A DNA stretch of 64,000 nucleotides from NCBI GenBank assembly GCA_951406725.2, contig OX597823.1, positions 91,326,001 to 91,390,000 on the forward strand, written 5' to 3'. Below the pieces are notes generated by a model. The model ran no database searches. It worked only from the letters and a program-made list of their open reading frames with translations, and was not told where the DNA came from. This document shows positions 62,501 through 64,000 of the stretch, piece after piece. This DNA comes from Octopus vulgaris (Eukaryota). Positions within the stretch are counted from its first letter, which is position 1. Each line of letters starts with the position of its first letter. The position numbers and the translations under genes are program-made.

Positions 62501-62963
62501 GTATGTGTGTATATATATGTATGTGTGTGTGAGTGTATATATATCTTGTAAGCAAGGATCACTCACACCTACACACTGATAGCCAGACAAATGAACAGTC
62601 TATATATATGATTTTTCTATGTATTCTGTTGTGTCTGGGGAGAGTCATTCTCTTTTGGTGCCTTATAATTTAACACACTCACCGGTAAAATTTCTAATTA
62701 TTTCTTTTCTTTAAAATTTTTCTAAAATTTTCATTGTATGTTTATCTTTTACTCTTTTATACTCTTACTTGTTTCAGTCATTTGACTGCTGCCATGCTGG
62801 AGCACCACCTTTTAGTCGAGGAAATCGACCCCAGGACTTATTCTTTGTAAGCCTAGTACTTATTCTATCAGTCTCTTTTTGCCAAACTGCTAAGTTACGG
62901 GGATGTAAACACACCAGCATCACATGTCAAGCAATGTTGGTGGGGACAAACACAGACACACAA

Positions 62964-62994
<31 letters not shown>

Positions 62995-64000
62995 CATATA
63001 TACGACAGGCTTCTTTCAGTTTCCATGTACCAAATCCACTCACAAGGCTTTTGTCGGCCCAAGGCTATGGTAGAAGACACTTGCCCCAGGTGCCATGCAG
63101 TGGGACCAAACTCAGAACCATGTGGCTGGTAAACAAGTTATGTTTATCTTTTTAAAATCACTCTTTTACATATCACCGACACAGTCCAGTCCAGTCACAG
63201 GTTCCTTTAAAATTACATAAAGATTTAATTCTACTTCAAGTTTTATGTTCTTTAATGCTTAACATTTTTTCTGTGTTATATAATAACATCATTTATTCTT
63301 TCTCTCTCTCTTTGTCTCTCTCTCTCTTTCTCTCTAAATAAGTGTGTGTGTGTGTGTTTTGTGGGTGTTAGTAGGTGTGTGTCTATTTATGTATGTGTAG
63401 TTAAGATACTCGTGCCGGTGACATGTTAAAAGCACTGTCCGAATGTGGCAGATGTCAGCGCCGCTTGACTGGCGTCTGTGTCAGTGATATGTAAAAGCAC
63501 CAACTGATCGTGGCCGTTTGCCAGCCTCCTCTGGCCCCTGTCCCGGTGGCACGTAAAAAGCACCCACTACACTCATGGAGCGGTTGGCTTTAGGAAGAGC
63601 ATCCAGCCGTAGAAACACTGCCAGTTCAGACTGGAGCCTTGTGCAGCCTCCTGGCTTCCCAGACCCCAATTGAACCGTCCAACCCATGCTAGCATGAAAA
63701 ACGGACGTTAAATGATGATGATGATCATCATCATCATCATTTCAACATCTACCTTTTCCTGCTCGCAAGGGTCAGAAAAAACTTGTTGAGGCAGGTTTTC
63801 TATAGCTGGATGCCCTTCCTGTCACCAACCCTCACTTGTTTCCAAGCCAGGGGATCAGACGTTTTCACAAAGGGCAGGGAATGAAGGACATACCTAGCAT
63901 GGCAGTGACCCATGCTCACCACCGTCCTGTGATGTCAAAGCAAAGAAACAGTAACACAAAGACACGCACACACATGAATGACCATACATATATACAATCG

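Overview
This is repeat-saturated, AT-rich animal DNA with no confidently identifiable host gene. The SINE and LINE families and the (TA)n/(CA)n/(AAT)n/(CAT)n load suggest an octopus (coleoid cephalopod) genome; this is an inference. The dominant feature is a full-length ~6.1-kb Helitron (11460-17603) with A|TC and hairpin-CTAG|T termini. It encodes a RepHel protein with an NLS, a 23-aa STPR-like repeat array, a Zn finger, an HUH/Y2 Rep domain and a PIF1 helicase, broken by one 2-nt frameshift at ~13083. Up to three short non-autonomous Helitron-like elements occur elsewhere in the window. The rest is decayed or nested mobile DNA: Penelope-like (RT/GIY-YIG) remnants, RTE LINE pieces and their (GAT)n-tailed 3' ends, R4/Dong-type fragments embedded in (AAT)n, Tc1/mariner fossils and MITEs, a TGT...ACA foldback element, and several tRNA-derived SINE families. 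The least expected signal is a series of minimal hammerhead-ribozyme-like motifs, including a cassette that couples a tRNA-like Pol III promoter to a hammerhead in a Penelope 3' UTR. Nearly all short ORFs in the supplied track are microsatellite artefacts.
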